The notes under the pieces are model-generated. The model searched no databases. It saw only the letters and a list, made by a program, of their open reading frames with translations, and was not told the DNA's origin. 64,000 bases of DNA from Patellaria atrata CBS 101060 (taxonomy: Eukaryota). The DNA is taken from positions 265,680-329,679 of the forward strand of contig MU006110.1 in NCBI GenBank assembly GCA_010093705.1, read 5' to 3'. Positions within the stretch are counted from its first letter, which is position 1. Every line of letters starts with the position of its first letter. Of this stretch, positions 49,010-61,794 are shown piece by piece. Made by a program: the position numbers and the translations under genes.

Positions 49010-50542
49010 GAGCTAAGAGGGTTAATAGACTAGTCTATAGTCTGTCAACACTTGATCAAAACATATTGCAATGGGAGGAAGGGATATAAGCTCAATTACA
49101 ATCACTGTAAAAATTAGGATGATGGAATAGGACCTTAAAACACTTTCTAGAAACTATAGGTTCGATTCTCAGAAACTAGGGCGCATAAATCGACCAAATC
49201 GGTCATTTAGAGAACTGGAAAGCGGAATCACGAATTGTGATCTCTACGGCGCTTAAGTAGTTCCATAGTCAAATTAAATCCTAGTACAAACCTTTATAAA
49301 AAGGAAGGATTCTTGTACCTAGGTGGAGTCATCTACCCCAAGACAATGCTTTTTGCAACTCTGATTCGAGTCCTTACGGTATATCTTCTCGTCCGTGTCA
49401 GCATCCTCTCATATTTCTCAACTTGACCCCATATTCTGATCCTAGGAAAATGGGAACCATCGTTGTGATTATTGTAACCCGACACGACACATGGCGAAGC
49501 ACTTGTTCATTATGGGGTCATCTACGACGAATCTCCATAGTCCTAAAACGTCGAGTTGATATAAGGGCCGAGGGTCCGCCGCCATCTGAAGAAAGACTCC
49601 CTATAGAACTATCACCCCCGCCACCATACGTTGAGAACCCCCCACATCACCTAGAGCATAAAGATAACCCTACCGGAATTAGCGGTTGTTGCAAACCACT
49701 TAATTCTCACCAGCTGGACTAGGTTGAGAAGGTAACTGTGCCACTGAGACTATCAATCGAGCTTTTCGGAGTCTAACACGTTTAGATCATATTCTGGAGC
49801 CAGGTCCAAGATGTATACCACTATTGGCGGATGAGGTGGATTTCATGTAGTGCAAATACATGCACGTTTTCAATATGTCTTGTCCATGTTAGGGTTTCTT
49901 CGTAGATATTCTGGACTATCATCGTCACAATTTTCGAACGTTGGAAGCGCCATTATTACAGTGCACGTGAGTGCGAATACTCGAATGATCATACTACTGA
50001 TTTAGGCCAAAACTTGTAATAGTTTGCGAAAATCGAAGTGAATCTGCGGCACACGGATCTCAATTTCAATGCTTTGCGTATGCCCACACTACTGTGCAGC
50101 TTTTCGGTTGAGTATTGAGAGTAGGTAATTCCGTGGGTAACACGAAGTATCGGGCACCGCCGAGCGGTGGGTGGTCAGGGTGGTAGGATGCCCGCAATGT
50201 GGACCGTCGATTGTTTAGTCTCGCAAACGCCAAGACTTATTCCATAACCGTTACCTCGAAAGGAAAATCAGTACGGAGTACGAAAATGACGTTCCTCTCC
50301 GTACCTACTTTCTTCAGATACTTCAGTTTCACTACGTTGGAAGAGCACGCAAGTTTCTAAGTACATAGCAAAGAACACTTGTACAGTACCCCCTCACCCA
50401 AATCGAAATAGGACCAAGACACTTATCCACAGAGGGTGAGATACTAAGATGGGACATCCGAGTCTAAGTGATAAATGACTACAAGTACATTATAGAAGGA
50501 TCAGCAAATATTACGATGTATATAACTAAGATGAAGTATGGC

Positions 50543-51210
50543 CTAGCTACAAAGTGTCATTTCAATCCCCTTGCGAATATATAGACGAGCCACGGTGTTG
50601 ATCCAGCGTACTCGACCCCGAAGGGAGTCCCAGCACAATACTGCCTGATAGGGATCTTCCCTTAGCTGATCACTTTGTCTCGCAAGCTTCCGTCGTAATA
50701 CTCGAACCTGTCGTGTCTTTGGGGCGAGGGGGTCAAGAACAAACCGTGCCTGGGTGGTGTTCTCATATTGACTTAGTAAAACGCGGCGACGAGGTATGGA
50801 GTTTGACCAACCTGAGACATAACCCGTGAACTCAAAGATGCGATTTGGTCCTGCAAACCAATATTTTGCTTGCATAAACAATCATATTCCTCCATATATC
50901 TGTCCAAGTCCGCTTTACACTCCTGCCACGCGTTGTACCACCCAAGGAGATCGGCGCAGATTTCCTCTACCTTTTCCTCCGCTTGTTGGCGATGTCCCTT
51001 TGCTTTCTCGAGCTCGTCTTTAGTCGTATTATGGGCTTGTATCTCCGTTTGTAGAGCGAGAGAGCATTCAAGTAGCGTAAATCTACTCTCTGGTGTACTC
51101 TCCACTTCTGATTCGTTTGCGACTTCTGTCTCGGGTGACTCTACTCTGCGGCTGCGGCGTAGATCCCGAAGGAAAGGATGCTTAGGAATTGTACAAGCTG
51201 AATGACTCAT
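50543..51210 (-). CDS. Hypothetical coiled-coil protein (possibly two exons or frames)
   Basis: 145-aa ORF with heptad-rich ELEKAK..QQAEEKVEE; an overlapping second ORF continues to 50543. Confidence 0.5.
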
Positions 51211-51380
51211 TTTAGGGGCTGGGTGATAATTCTCTCAGAGACTCTAGTTCTACAGGAATCTATCCTGACTTTATGTGTCCGTTACACGCCCGTGTCCTGT
51301 TGCTCGTTTTGGAAGTACTAATATAAGACTTTAGCGCTGGATCAATTTACCTCTTGCACTGAGATGAGTTCCTGATTTAT

Positions 51381-52649
51381 ATGAGCGCTAAGCAGCGCTT
51401 ATATCTTCAGTTCCCAGCCTCATCCTTCTTTGAGACAGGAAAAATGTCGTTCGCAATGGACGGTGTTTTCAATCGACATCCTCGTCCTCAAGCTGCGTAC
51501 CTGCCCGTCCCAACTAAAGCGGCATTGTTGACCCAGAATATTATGAAAGACAAACCTCACGATGGCCTTGTAACTCTGGAAAAGCCAAAGCCTATCAAGT
51601 CTCGTCTGTCATACCCTACCCGGCTCATAGATAGCCACCGGCCCAATACCAATGTCCAAACTATTACTATCGAGCAGAAATTTCCTTCCGATATACTCAC
51701 ACGAATGGGAACCTTGACCCAAGGCCAAAAACTGTGGATGGTTTGCCGGTGTATCACTCCTAAGCATAGTGGCGAATTGATAATGTTTAAGGATTGTAAG
51801 CCAGGAGAAGCATCGCGTGAGATCGGAATTCTCAAGAAACTATCACATCCGAACATAGTCCAACTAAAACAAGCATTCATTCATCAGAACATCTGCTATG
51901 TAGGAATCACCTATCTTCGTTTTACCCTTAGGGAAATACTCTATGTCCATATGAGCCTTGGTGAACTACAAGTTAAATATCTAGCCAAGGAGGTAGGTTG
52001 CAACCCTATTGATACAGGATATCTACCCTAACGTTTTTACCTGTCCTGCATAGGTCTTTCAAGGGCTTCAGTATCTCCACGAGAAAAAGTGCACCTATAC
52101 TGGATTAAACCTAGACTCTGTACGAATCGATGGAAAGAAAGGGAACGTTGTTCTAGGTAAGTTCGATAGTGCGCTAAGGGATTATCGTTAACAACGATGT
52201 AGAGGGCTTCTCTCAGGCATTTCTAGATGATGATGATGCTGATGCTGATGAACATGGGACTTATATAATGAATTCGCATGATAGTCTACAAGATCTCGGA
52301 TTCATACTCCTTGAGTGTATGGAAGGACGGCCGGCGGAGACTAAGCGTGACATTGATTTCATAAAGAAACAACGGGAACAATACAAGGTCTTTGGATTAC
52401 ATAATGCTGAGGCCTGGAGTGGATGCAAGCAGCTTATCGACTTTCTCGATGAGTTATTCAATGTGGATAAAGAATTTACCGCGAAAATACAACGGCCAGT
52501 AAGTTGTCTAAGTTTTACGCGATACGCTCGCTTACGTATTGCAGCACGAATTCATCAAGGAAGATGGTGTAGGTCCATCATGCCTAATGCATTACCTGGA
52601 GTTGGTCTCGCTAGAATGTTTCACTGAGTGGCAGGCATATATAGCTTAA
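51381..52649 (+). CDS. Kinase-fold protein, probable pseudokinase, multi-exon
   Basis: MFK...EIGILKKLSHPNIVQL and VFQGLQYLHEKK; the HRD loop is replaced by YTGLNLDSV; no DFG seen; DLGFILLECMEG. Confidence 0.7.
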
Positions 52650-52876
52650 CGCGCGCCTGTACTGAGATATAAGAATACTAAAGATGAAGTTATTGGAAAT
52701 AAGTTATTATATTGTGACTATATGATTAAGGAATTCATAAACTCGAAGTGGAAATTTTCGCCGCCGTGCTAATTCTGAACTTGCTCAGACAACTGCCTTA
52801 CAGTAACCTACTTTAAGCGCAATCGTTCAATTTAGCGCCTGCTAGCACTATAAAAGATACATAGAATTTCTACCTT

Positions 52877-53661
52877 ATGTACACTATCGCAAGACAACCA
52901 CAGCACCTTCTAATCACTATGGCTTCCGTGCAACACCTTGAACAGCCTGCATCTGATCTTATTCTTAATAAACCTAAGGATTTGAGGCCCGAAAGTGAGG
53001 AGTTCTTCCCTAATAGTTCGATGAACACACCCCAACCAAACCCAAAGGCCCATGGTACATTGGCTAGAGACTGCTTAGAGCTTCCTCCTATCCTACCAAA
53101 CCCATCTGTTCCAGTCAATGGTCATCTTCAAACATATTTTCACAATTTTGGGCCCACACCTCTATATGCTCCTATGCAACCCTCGTTTGGACATGTTCTC
53201 CCGTCATTTCCCCCGAGCCACACATTCCTACCAGAGTTCCACAGCGTACCGCACCCCTCATTAGGGCCACAAATGACGATGGGTTCTCAATTATCCATAC
53301 CACCCCCTTTCTTACCAAGTGTGAACACTCCCCGTCACGGTGAATGTTGCATGGAATGTTGCATAAAGCAACGTGCTCGAGTAGTTTCATTGGAAAATGA
53401 AGTCACAGATCTTCGAAGGTATATAGTCCACAGTAATCTTGAGCGTATCGCTTATGAGTCAATAGATCCTACGATGATTTGCACTCTAAGATCCATAAAG
53501 AATCGAGAAATCTTGAGAAAATGGCGATATGGAGTAAGGAAGTCGGAACCTGGGCTATATTCATCAATAATCTTCTCCTTCCCATTACAGAAGACGAGTC
53601 GAGTGAACCGTTCCGGGGATTAGAAGTAGTGTCTGAAGACACTGAGGAGCAGTTGCCTTAA
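52877..53661 (+). CDS. Hypothetical Pro-rich protein with a Cys cluster and short coiled coil
   Basis: 248-aa ORF; ECCMECC then VVSLENEVTDLR; a likely intron near 53419 joins the 53479-53661 frame. Confidence 0.5.
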
Positions 53662-53868
53662 AACCTGGGATCTCTTTTATTCACTTTGACCCGTTGTAAT
53701 TATTTTTCCGTGAATCTCATTCTCGTAGCAATAGTTCCCATCTTAGAATAGTGATAATTACTTTCTTGAGTTTAAGAATTCTTAAATCTATTAGTCTCTC
53801 AGAATAAGCGCGTATAAAGGAAGATAAATTGAGGAATACACCCACTAATATGAATCCACAAGCAAAAC

Positions 53869-54234
53869 ATGACCCGAGTCCACTTTTCATACCCTCTTGT
53901 GACCATGATCACGCGTCATCCGACGGAAATTGAGATGCGAAATATGGATGACTTTCAGATTCACCTGGAAAGGTGTCCACGTTGCTATCATTTGTCTCTA
54001 GACGACCCTCGAGCGTTATGTCCCAGAGCTTGGAACCTCGCAAACCATCTTCAGGAATATTTATTCATGACCAATGGCCGACTGTTCAGTACATCATCTA
54101 GACAATTTCTTATCATGGTAGAACTACCAAAATACTTCGACTTTGTAGACTGGTTTTTCCGGTCTGTAATAGGTCAGAGGTACCGATATCGATATAGACC
54201 AAATGCGAGCATGCCCATTCATCGACTTCGATAG
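53869..54234 (+). CDS. Small hypothetical protein with an H..RCPRC motif
   Basis: 121-aa ATG-initiated ORF; F..HL.RC.RC...LC could be a zinc site. Confidence 0.4.
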   Translation: MTRVHFSYPLVTMITRHPTEIEMRNMDDFQIHLERCPRCYHLSLDDPRALCPRAWNLANHLQEYLFMTNGRLFSTSSRQFLIMVELPKYFDFVDWFFRSVIGQRYRYRYRPNASMPIHRLR

Positions 54235-54280
54235 GTGGAGCGAGCGAACGATCTTACTGAGCAATTCTAATATTCAAAGA

Positions 54281-54485
54281 TGTTAGAATTGAGAGTCACG
54301 CAAGGTGGCTGGATATCTGAGATGGCTGGCACAGGATAATGGAGATGGCTGGCACAGGACAATAGAGATGGCTGGACAGGCATGGATTTAAGATAGGACA
54401 GGCACTCACATGATAGTTGACAATGAAGGAACATTCTACATCATTCTATTTACTCTCTTAGCTCATACCAGCATATATTTCAACA
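54281..54485. mobile_element. Solo LTR related to family C
   Basis: TGTT...CAACA; shares AATTGAG.GTCACGCAAGGTGG.TGGATATC and TTAGCTCATACC with 14168-14365; no TSD found. Confidence 0.7.
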
Positions 54486-54658
54486 CGACTGTCCTCCCTG
54501 CTAGCGCGGGCGACACAATGTAACACACTATTGTTCTAACCGCTGCTTCAACCTATGAGTATGCTTACGCATCTTGCTTTAACTATAACACTACACTATG
54601 ACTATGAAATCCATTAGGAAGTAGCATTAACTTTATATTAGGAATTGATATATCATGC

Positions 54659-57600
54659 TCACTGATTACTGCGCAGTGCATCCAAGATCTTGGCAATACT
54701 GCGATAACTGTTGCTTGTACGCCCGAAAACTGCTTCAACACTAAAGAGAGCCTGTTCGCATAAGCCCTCTGCTTCCTGCATTCTACTAGTCTGTTAGAAG
54801 AGAACTGCCATATCCTCAGCTATGTTAAGTGCCGATATATACGTCTTCACCCCTCAGTCAAGTGCTTTTCTTATAGCCTTGTTATGAAACGAGAATAAAG
54901 CTATGGTAAAAGTGAGTTGAATTGGTTACCGACCGGTTGGTAGACCGTTCCGTAACAAGCCTTGCAGCGCTCGCCAGCACATCTCCGCCGCCTCGTCAAG
55001 CCGTCCCAGGCCTGCGTAGAGCCTGCCTAAGTTATTGACCGTCTTGAGTGTTGATGTATGATCCGGTCCCCATGCCTTCTCTTTGCCTTACAGCGCTCGC
55101 AAGCACATCTTCTCCGCCTCGTCAAGCCGTCCCAGGTTCGCGTAGAGCGAGCCTAAGTTGTTGACCGTTTTAAGTGTTGATGTATGGTCTGCTCCCTATG
55201 CCTTCTTAAAGCCTTGCAGCGCTCGTAAGTACATCTTCTTCGCCTCGTCAAGCCGTCCTAGGGATTTATAGAGCGAGCCTAAGTTGTTGACCGTGGCGAG
55301 TGTTGATGTATGATCCGGTCCCCATGCCTTCTCATAGCCTTGCAGCGCTCGCAAGCACACCTTCTCCGCCTCGTTAAGCCGTCCCAGGTTCGCGTAGAGC
55401 AAGCTCAAGTTGTAGACCGTAATGAGCGTTGATGTACGGTCTGGTCCCCATGCCTTCTCTTTGCCTTGCAGCGCTCGCAAGTACATCTTCTCCGCCTCGT
55501 CAAGCCGTCCTAGGGATTGGTAGAGCGAGCCTAAGTTGNNNNNNNNNNNNNNNNNNNNNNNNNNNNNNNNNNNNNNNNNNNNNNNNNNNNNNNNNNNNNN
55601 NNNNNNNNNNNNNNNNNNNNNNNNNNNNNNNNNNNNNNNNNNNNNNNNNNNNNNNNNNNNNNNNNNNNNNNNNNNNNNNNNNNNNNNNNNNNNNNNNNNN
55701 NNNNNNNNNNNNNNNNNNNNNNNNNNNNNNNNNNNNNNNNNNNNNNNNNNNNNNNNNNNNNNNNNNNNNNNNNNNNNNNNNNNNNNNNNNNNNNNNNNNN
55801 NNNNNNNNNNNNNNNNNNNNNNNNNNNNNNNNNNNNNNNNNNNNNNNNNNNNNNNNNNNNNNNNNNNNNNNNNNNNNNNNNNNNNNNNNNNNNNNNNNNN
55901 NNNNNNNNNNNNNNNNNNNNNNNNNNNNNNNNNNNNNNNNNNNNNNNNNNNNNNNNNNNNNNNNNNNNNNNNNNNNNNNNNNNNNNNNNNNNNNNNNNNN
56001 NNNNNNNNNNNNNNNNNNNNNNNNNNNNNNNNNNNNNNNNNNNNNNNNNNNNNNNNNNNNNNNNNNNNNNNNNNNNNNNNNNNNNNNNNNNNNNNNNNNN
56101 NNNNNNNNNNNNNNNNTCCGCCTCGTCAAGCCGTCTCAGGTCCGCGTAGAGCTTGCCTAAGTTATTGACCGTCTTGAGTGTTGATGTATGATCCGGTCCC
56201 CATGCCTTCTCATAGCCTTGCAGCGCTCGCAAGCACACCTTCTCCGCCTCGTCAAACCGTCCCAGGTCCACGTAGAGCTTGCCTAAGTTGTTGACCGTGT
56301 CAAGTGTTGATGTATGATCCGGTCCCCATGCCTTCTCAAAGCCTTGCAGCGCTCGCAAGTACATCTTCTCTGCCTCGTCAAACCGTTCATGATCCGAACA
56401 CACGTATCCAAATATATGCAGAATCGAGTTCTTCCCATCCTCATCCAACCTGCCGTCGTCAATAAACCCCCAACACCTTATCAAGTGTCGCAAAAGCCGA
56501 CGCTGGGTCAGCCACGAGTGCTGCACATTATCCTCGGGTGCATGTCTGCCTACACACTTTATAGCCACCCCCGCCATCTCTGAATCCCATTCTTGGTTCA
56601 CTACATGCACCGTCCATGAGTGAACACAGCTGTGCATCCCGTACCCCTGAGACTCGACCACATTTCCTTTAGAGGACTTGTCCACATCTATCAACCCGTA
56701 GTCACAGAGCACCCTTACTGCCTTGGTGAAAGTCAGCTCATCCTCTGTTAGTTGATAAAGCCACTGTGGCCCACCAGTTCTCCCTTCTCTCAGAAGCTCA
56801 AACCAGAGGTCCTGGTTGTCAAAGTATGCCCATAGCTGAAGTAGCTTGGATGCTATCTCGCTCTGCTGCTTGATGTGATCTAAAGAAAGCTGCCATGTCG
56901 AGTACAGTTGTCGGTCTTCGTATGTGCTTACTTCAGGGCTCATTTGTTGTAGCCTTCGCCATGACGCCCGGTACAGACAGAGGTAGTCGGCAAAGCTTGT
57001 CGCCACCTGATAAAGGTAGGCGCCTGCCGTAGCCAAGGCCAGCGGTAGTCCATCCAGCTCTCTAGCAAGCTCGGCGGCATTAGGATCTGAAAGGCGTTAG
57101 CGTTGCGTCTACAGCGCAGTACAGCGCAGGAATTCAAACAACTCACCGTCTATCACACCCTCGCGATGCGATATATTAGACAGGATCTGCAGACTATGGC
57201 GGACGTCTTCTAACTTGCCCACCTTCACGCGATAGCCCATATTGACCTTCGATGACCTTGTCGTGATGATTACCGAGCCGTGGTGCGCTTCAGGCAGAAA
57301 CTGCCGGATATCGACTGCACCAGGATCCACGTTGCCTGGCACCTTAGGGTTGTCGTAGTTATCGAACACAATTAACCACTGTGTGTTCTTAGGATGCTCC
57401 AGCCACCGTTTAGCCGCTGCCACCACTTCATCTTGCTTCTTGTCATCTGTGAAAACACCTAACCGACTGGCTGATGGGCAGTCCTGTAAGATCCGCTTTA
57501 CTAGCCGCAAGTAGCTCTGCTTCACCGACACTTCGTCTTTAATGTTCAGCCAGAATATCGCTGAATAGTTGTCTCGATGGGCCTTGATGTATGCAATCGC

Positions 57601-59020
57601 CAGCTGCGTCTTCCCGATCCCGCCTAGGCCATGTAGAGTGACTGCTTGACGACCGGTGCCCTCACTAAGCGTCTTGTGCATTGCAGTGAGCTCCGCTTGT
57701 CTCGCAACAAAGTGATTGGTCTCAGAGACCTCAGATAAGCTAAAGACGACAGAAAAGCTCTTTTCAGCATTGCTTCGAGCTATAGACAGTTACTGTTATC
57801 GCTATTATCGATAACTATATACAAGGGCTACATACCCGCATCAATCCTAATCTCTTCTTCCCATCGTAGGCTGATGACGCTGCCTGCACTTCTAACCATA
57901 GTAATCAAATGGCCTGAAACTTTCTCATAGTCGTTATTCTCTTTCGACTCGAACTTGACCATTTCTTTATGGTCCGCATGGATCATGATCTGCTCTGCGT
58001 CGGTTGCACCTGGAACGACTGCGGATGCTTTTGGCACCACCTGTATCATCAGTACTTGCGATACCTGCGGTCAACGTGAAGGCATACCATGATTGAACGA
58101 CCTAGCGCCGTCGGAGTCTCGTACTCCTCGTAAACAAACTTCGTCATAAACTCCCCACTGATCGGCCCGTACTGTCTAAGCTGCTGCTGGAGCCATTCCG
58201 AGTCTCGCTCCAAATGCTCTAGCAGCCGGCTGGTGGTGGCCTTGTATACCGATGCCGCATTCACCAGCAGCTTTCCGAACTGCACTCCGTTGCCGCCCTG
58301 GTGAGGTGTACCTATGAACATGATTCCGTACGTCGACGTCTTAATCGACCGGTGCTCTTCTAGTGCGCCTTTCCGCGCCGCGTCCGAGTGAATGAGAGCC
58401 TGGGCTTGATCAGCTGTGTATGCGACAGAGAGGAGCAAGACTGACGCCTTTGACGATGATGCCACCCAGGCTGTGCGCCACAAAGATTATCGGTCGTTTC
58501 GTGGTCTTCTGCTGTCAGAACCACATCTTATGAGTGTCCGCTCTTATCTCACATTTGTACGTTTTCTCCTGAGGCAGAGATCTGACACTAGCTGCTCTGC
58601 ATGATCGTGGAGGAATTGGTGGCTAACACGCTTGCCGTGCGTGTTCGCATCGTATCCCCAGCAGAATATGCGTGCATTTGGAATGTCCTTTGGTAGGAGA
58701 TCGCGGAGCCAGTGGGTGCCGTTCGCTGCCGTCCAGGTCTCGTCGCGGTGCCCGTTCAAGCCATGGACAGCAACGATGCTGGGCACTGTCAGTACGGGCT
58801 CTTGTGATGCTACGGATGGCTTACTCCACCACCGGCTGCTCTCCCTCCGCCACGACCTTGAGACCATGGGCAGATGCTTTAGACGGTTCCCGTGGCTTCG
58901 ATGAGCTGCCAGCCTGCTACAGCGTCAGCCTGACAGAGGCAGAGTATCAGGGTCGATAATTACAGAGTTCTGACGATTCTTCCGGAATGGATTCAGTCGC
59001 TGCAATCTAGAGCCCATCAT
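54659..59020 (-). pseudogene. Fungal NLR: SesB-like alpha/beta hydrolase, NB-ARC and highly conserved TPR repeats; distal repeats disrupted
   Basis: DIVAVHGLNG, WLRDLLP, AHSLGG nucleophile elbow, FIGTPHQG; P-loop GLGGIGKT, LIVFDNYD, GLPLA; 126-bp TPR units around an N gap; stops at ~55196 and ~55089 and an LTR insertion. Confidence 0.9.
54880..54957. mobile_element. 78-bp internally deleted solo LTR (family B) inside the NLR TPR region
   Basis: The ends match the two ends of 13477-13647; TSD AGCCT. Confidence 0.85.
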
Positions 59021-59706
59021 GGTTCGAACGCAGGATTCAACGATATCGCCAATGCTAAAAATTCGTGAGAACTGCTGGGTTCCATCGTACTGGGCAGCCT
59101 GTATTAACATTTAACACTGTCGGTTCAGCTGCGGGGCGCCGCCAATCCATGGCGCGGACGCAGTCAGCCCCCAGCGCCGCCTCTGTCACGTCCGCGCCGC
59201 GAGTGGGTGGGGGCCGAACTGCGCACAACAATCGTTCCATCGAAAGTTGTCGACGTACATTCACCTGAATATATGGTAACGATTATGTACGACGTGAGGG
59301 ATGGTTTTGCACTAGCCGGGATTGGAAACTTCTCTGATCGGAAGTACCAACTAGGGTGACGACCTTACATGATTTGCGCGCCATAGTAGACACAAGGCTA
59401 GTGATGACTTCCCAACATCGTAGTAAGGTTCTAGGGACTAGATAGGACCGCTAATAAACATTATGGAGTGATAAGAGCTTAACGGTGGTACTATAGGGAA
59501 GAAACTCTATTTCGCTATCGAAGGAGGTTCTCTGCGAATCAGGCACGGAAGTAACAATACGTAACGTTATTTTAGATAGAAGGGGTCCTAGATATCTAGG
59601 AGTAGTTATAGCACATAATTCATGTAGGATTATAATGAATATCAACATGTAAGGAATGACTAGGCGAGTTGAGATAGATACCTAACTGAATTGATCCCAT
59701 AAATGA

Positions 59707-61794
59707 CTAGAAAGTATCCTCGAATTTACGCTTACTCGGAACAGTTGGTAATGGCTTTTGAGCTACATGATCAGCCGTCCCAAATGGAGCGTAAAGACCT
59801 TGAGCTTCGATAAGATTCGAAACACTTCTTGGGAGGCCACTTAGCATCCGTGGTTTAGAAGTAATACCTAGAATCGAAATGCAGATTATATCATTCAGAG
59901 TAGCCACAGAAAACCGTAGACGTCGTCCGTATGGAGGAGCGCCACGTGGAACCCGTTCCACACATGGAAATGAAGAGCCCATGAACAGAAAGTATGAGGA
60001 AGTTCTCCGTAGCGCGTTGTAAAGAGCGACCGTCCCCTCTTTGTTCAATTCCATGCGGCAGTACACCATACCCTCACAGAGGTATTGTCCATCGCTAAAA
60101 GTCGGAGTCGAAACAAGTTCAAAGTAGAACATAGAGGCAAGTATAGAGTCCAGGATGCGAGGAACCTCAGAGTCTACTTTAAGTGACAATGAAACTTTGT
60201 CTTTGATGCCCTCCATCGATTGTACATCATCTAAAGTAGGTTCCAAATCGGTAAACGTTACGTTAAGTCGGTGGTAACGCCACTGAGATTCCCTAGGAAG
60301 CGAGAGCTTGAATCTTCGCCATGCATCCTCACCATCCATTGTCTTCATCAATGTGTCCAGGAGGCGGTACGCAAATCTACGGTTCACAGGTGATTGTGGA
60401 CCGACAGTAATCGAGTTAGAGCACATACCAGTCCCAAGGGACAACACAAAATCGGGATCAGCTTTGTCGGGCCACAAACATCTGGTCTCCCAGTATCCAA
60501 TATCAATCGGATTATTGTGTCGAAGTCCACCATCTTGATACGTGCCAAGGTTTCGTAGAAATTTTGGCCGGAAGTACCAAGGCGCGGCGGATGTGCAAGA
60601 TGCCCTTTGAAAAAAGTTAATGGACTCATGCTACTATGAGTTGAGGATTACTTGCGCGTCACTAATCGTCATGTCATGTTCCGAATCTAATGCTCGGATA
60701 ACTTGATAACCTAAATGATTTATTAGAGGCGATACGAAGAAGACTGTGGAATTTGGTGACTACCTTTAGTAGGAGACCTGGGTAGCCCGTTGTAATTCGC
60801 TATGAGACAAGGCATGGTGCCCCGAGCCGTTGTAGTTGTGACTGCTACTTTAGTCTGACAGCGCAATGGGTTGAACATTTTGACCGGAGTGTTCTCAGTC
60901 GAACGAAAGATTTGCTCAATAGCGCTTGAGTCGTATCTATAATCGTTAATATATGAGAGCAGTAGGTGCTGTATCCCTGCTAGAGACAAGAATGACTTGT
61001 TGCCGTGTTTGAATGTTTGAAGTGCAAGGTGTTCAAAATTCTTAACGCATTCCTGGATAGGCCACCGCATGGTCATCAAACCAAGGCTGATCAAACCACC
61101 AGTAGACGTTCCACAGACGTAGTCAAATGCGTCTCTTATACAGCAACCGAACTCATTAAGGGCGGAGTCGAAATATTCCAGGAACTTTAGAGGAGCTATG
61201 CCTCGAACGCCTCCTCCATCAATACTTAGCATTCGGATGCCTGCAGTCGGAGGTATGAATTGGAACACATCATCTTGATTAGAATGCCCGCAAAGTGGAC
61301 AAAGTGAGATGATGAATTGAAATTTCGACGTCCTGGAGCGCTTGCCGACGGTCTTTATACAGGTATCACACACCGCGTGTGCGCAATCGAAGACCTTCTC
61401 TGGTGAGCGCATAAGACAACAAAAACAACTCTTGTTGCTCTTGAGCTCAGGAAACCGGGTATGTAACGAGCGAAGGCACTCTAGGTGTAGCTCAACCACA
61501 CTTATGGGGGGTTTATTTGAGTTGTAGAGACGGATGAATTCACTTTCCGTCTCCGTGAGAAACTTAACATGAACATCCTCGTGTATAGTGTAACTACGAA
61601 TGGCTTGCTGACAGGCTTTTCGACACAATCGGTCGAATAAAAGAGCAGGGGGAAAAGCTACATGGGATAGCATTAGTATTACGAATGCAAATGAGAAGCG
61701 CCATATATACCATGAGAATTAGCGGGATAGTTGGCCAAGAAAAGACACGATGCCGTGAGCGGAACAACGACATGCCAGAGCCAGGCTTGGCTGG
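59707..61794 (-). pseudogene. RING-like plus patatin-like phospholipase gene, 5' part cut off by a copia insertion
   Basis: CFCC...CAHAVCDTC...CPLC; DGGGVRG, GTSTG and YQDGGLRHNNP patatin motifs; LSLGTG. Confidence 0.85.

Noticed and set aside
55429..56168. ORFs spanning the second N run
   Set aside because: Gap artefacts inside the TPR array.
58900..59020. Amyloid signalling motif at the NLR N-terminus
   Set aside because: No N/Q/G pseudo-repeat pattern, and the NLR has its own hydrolase effector domain.
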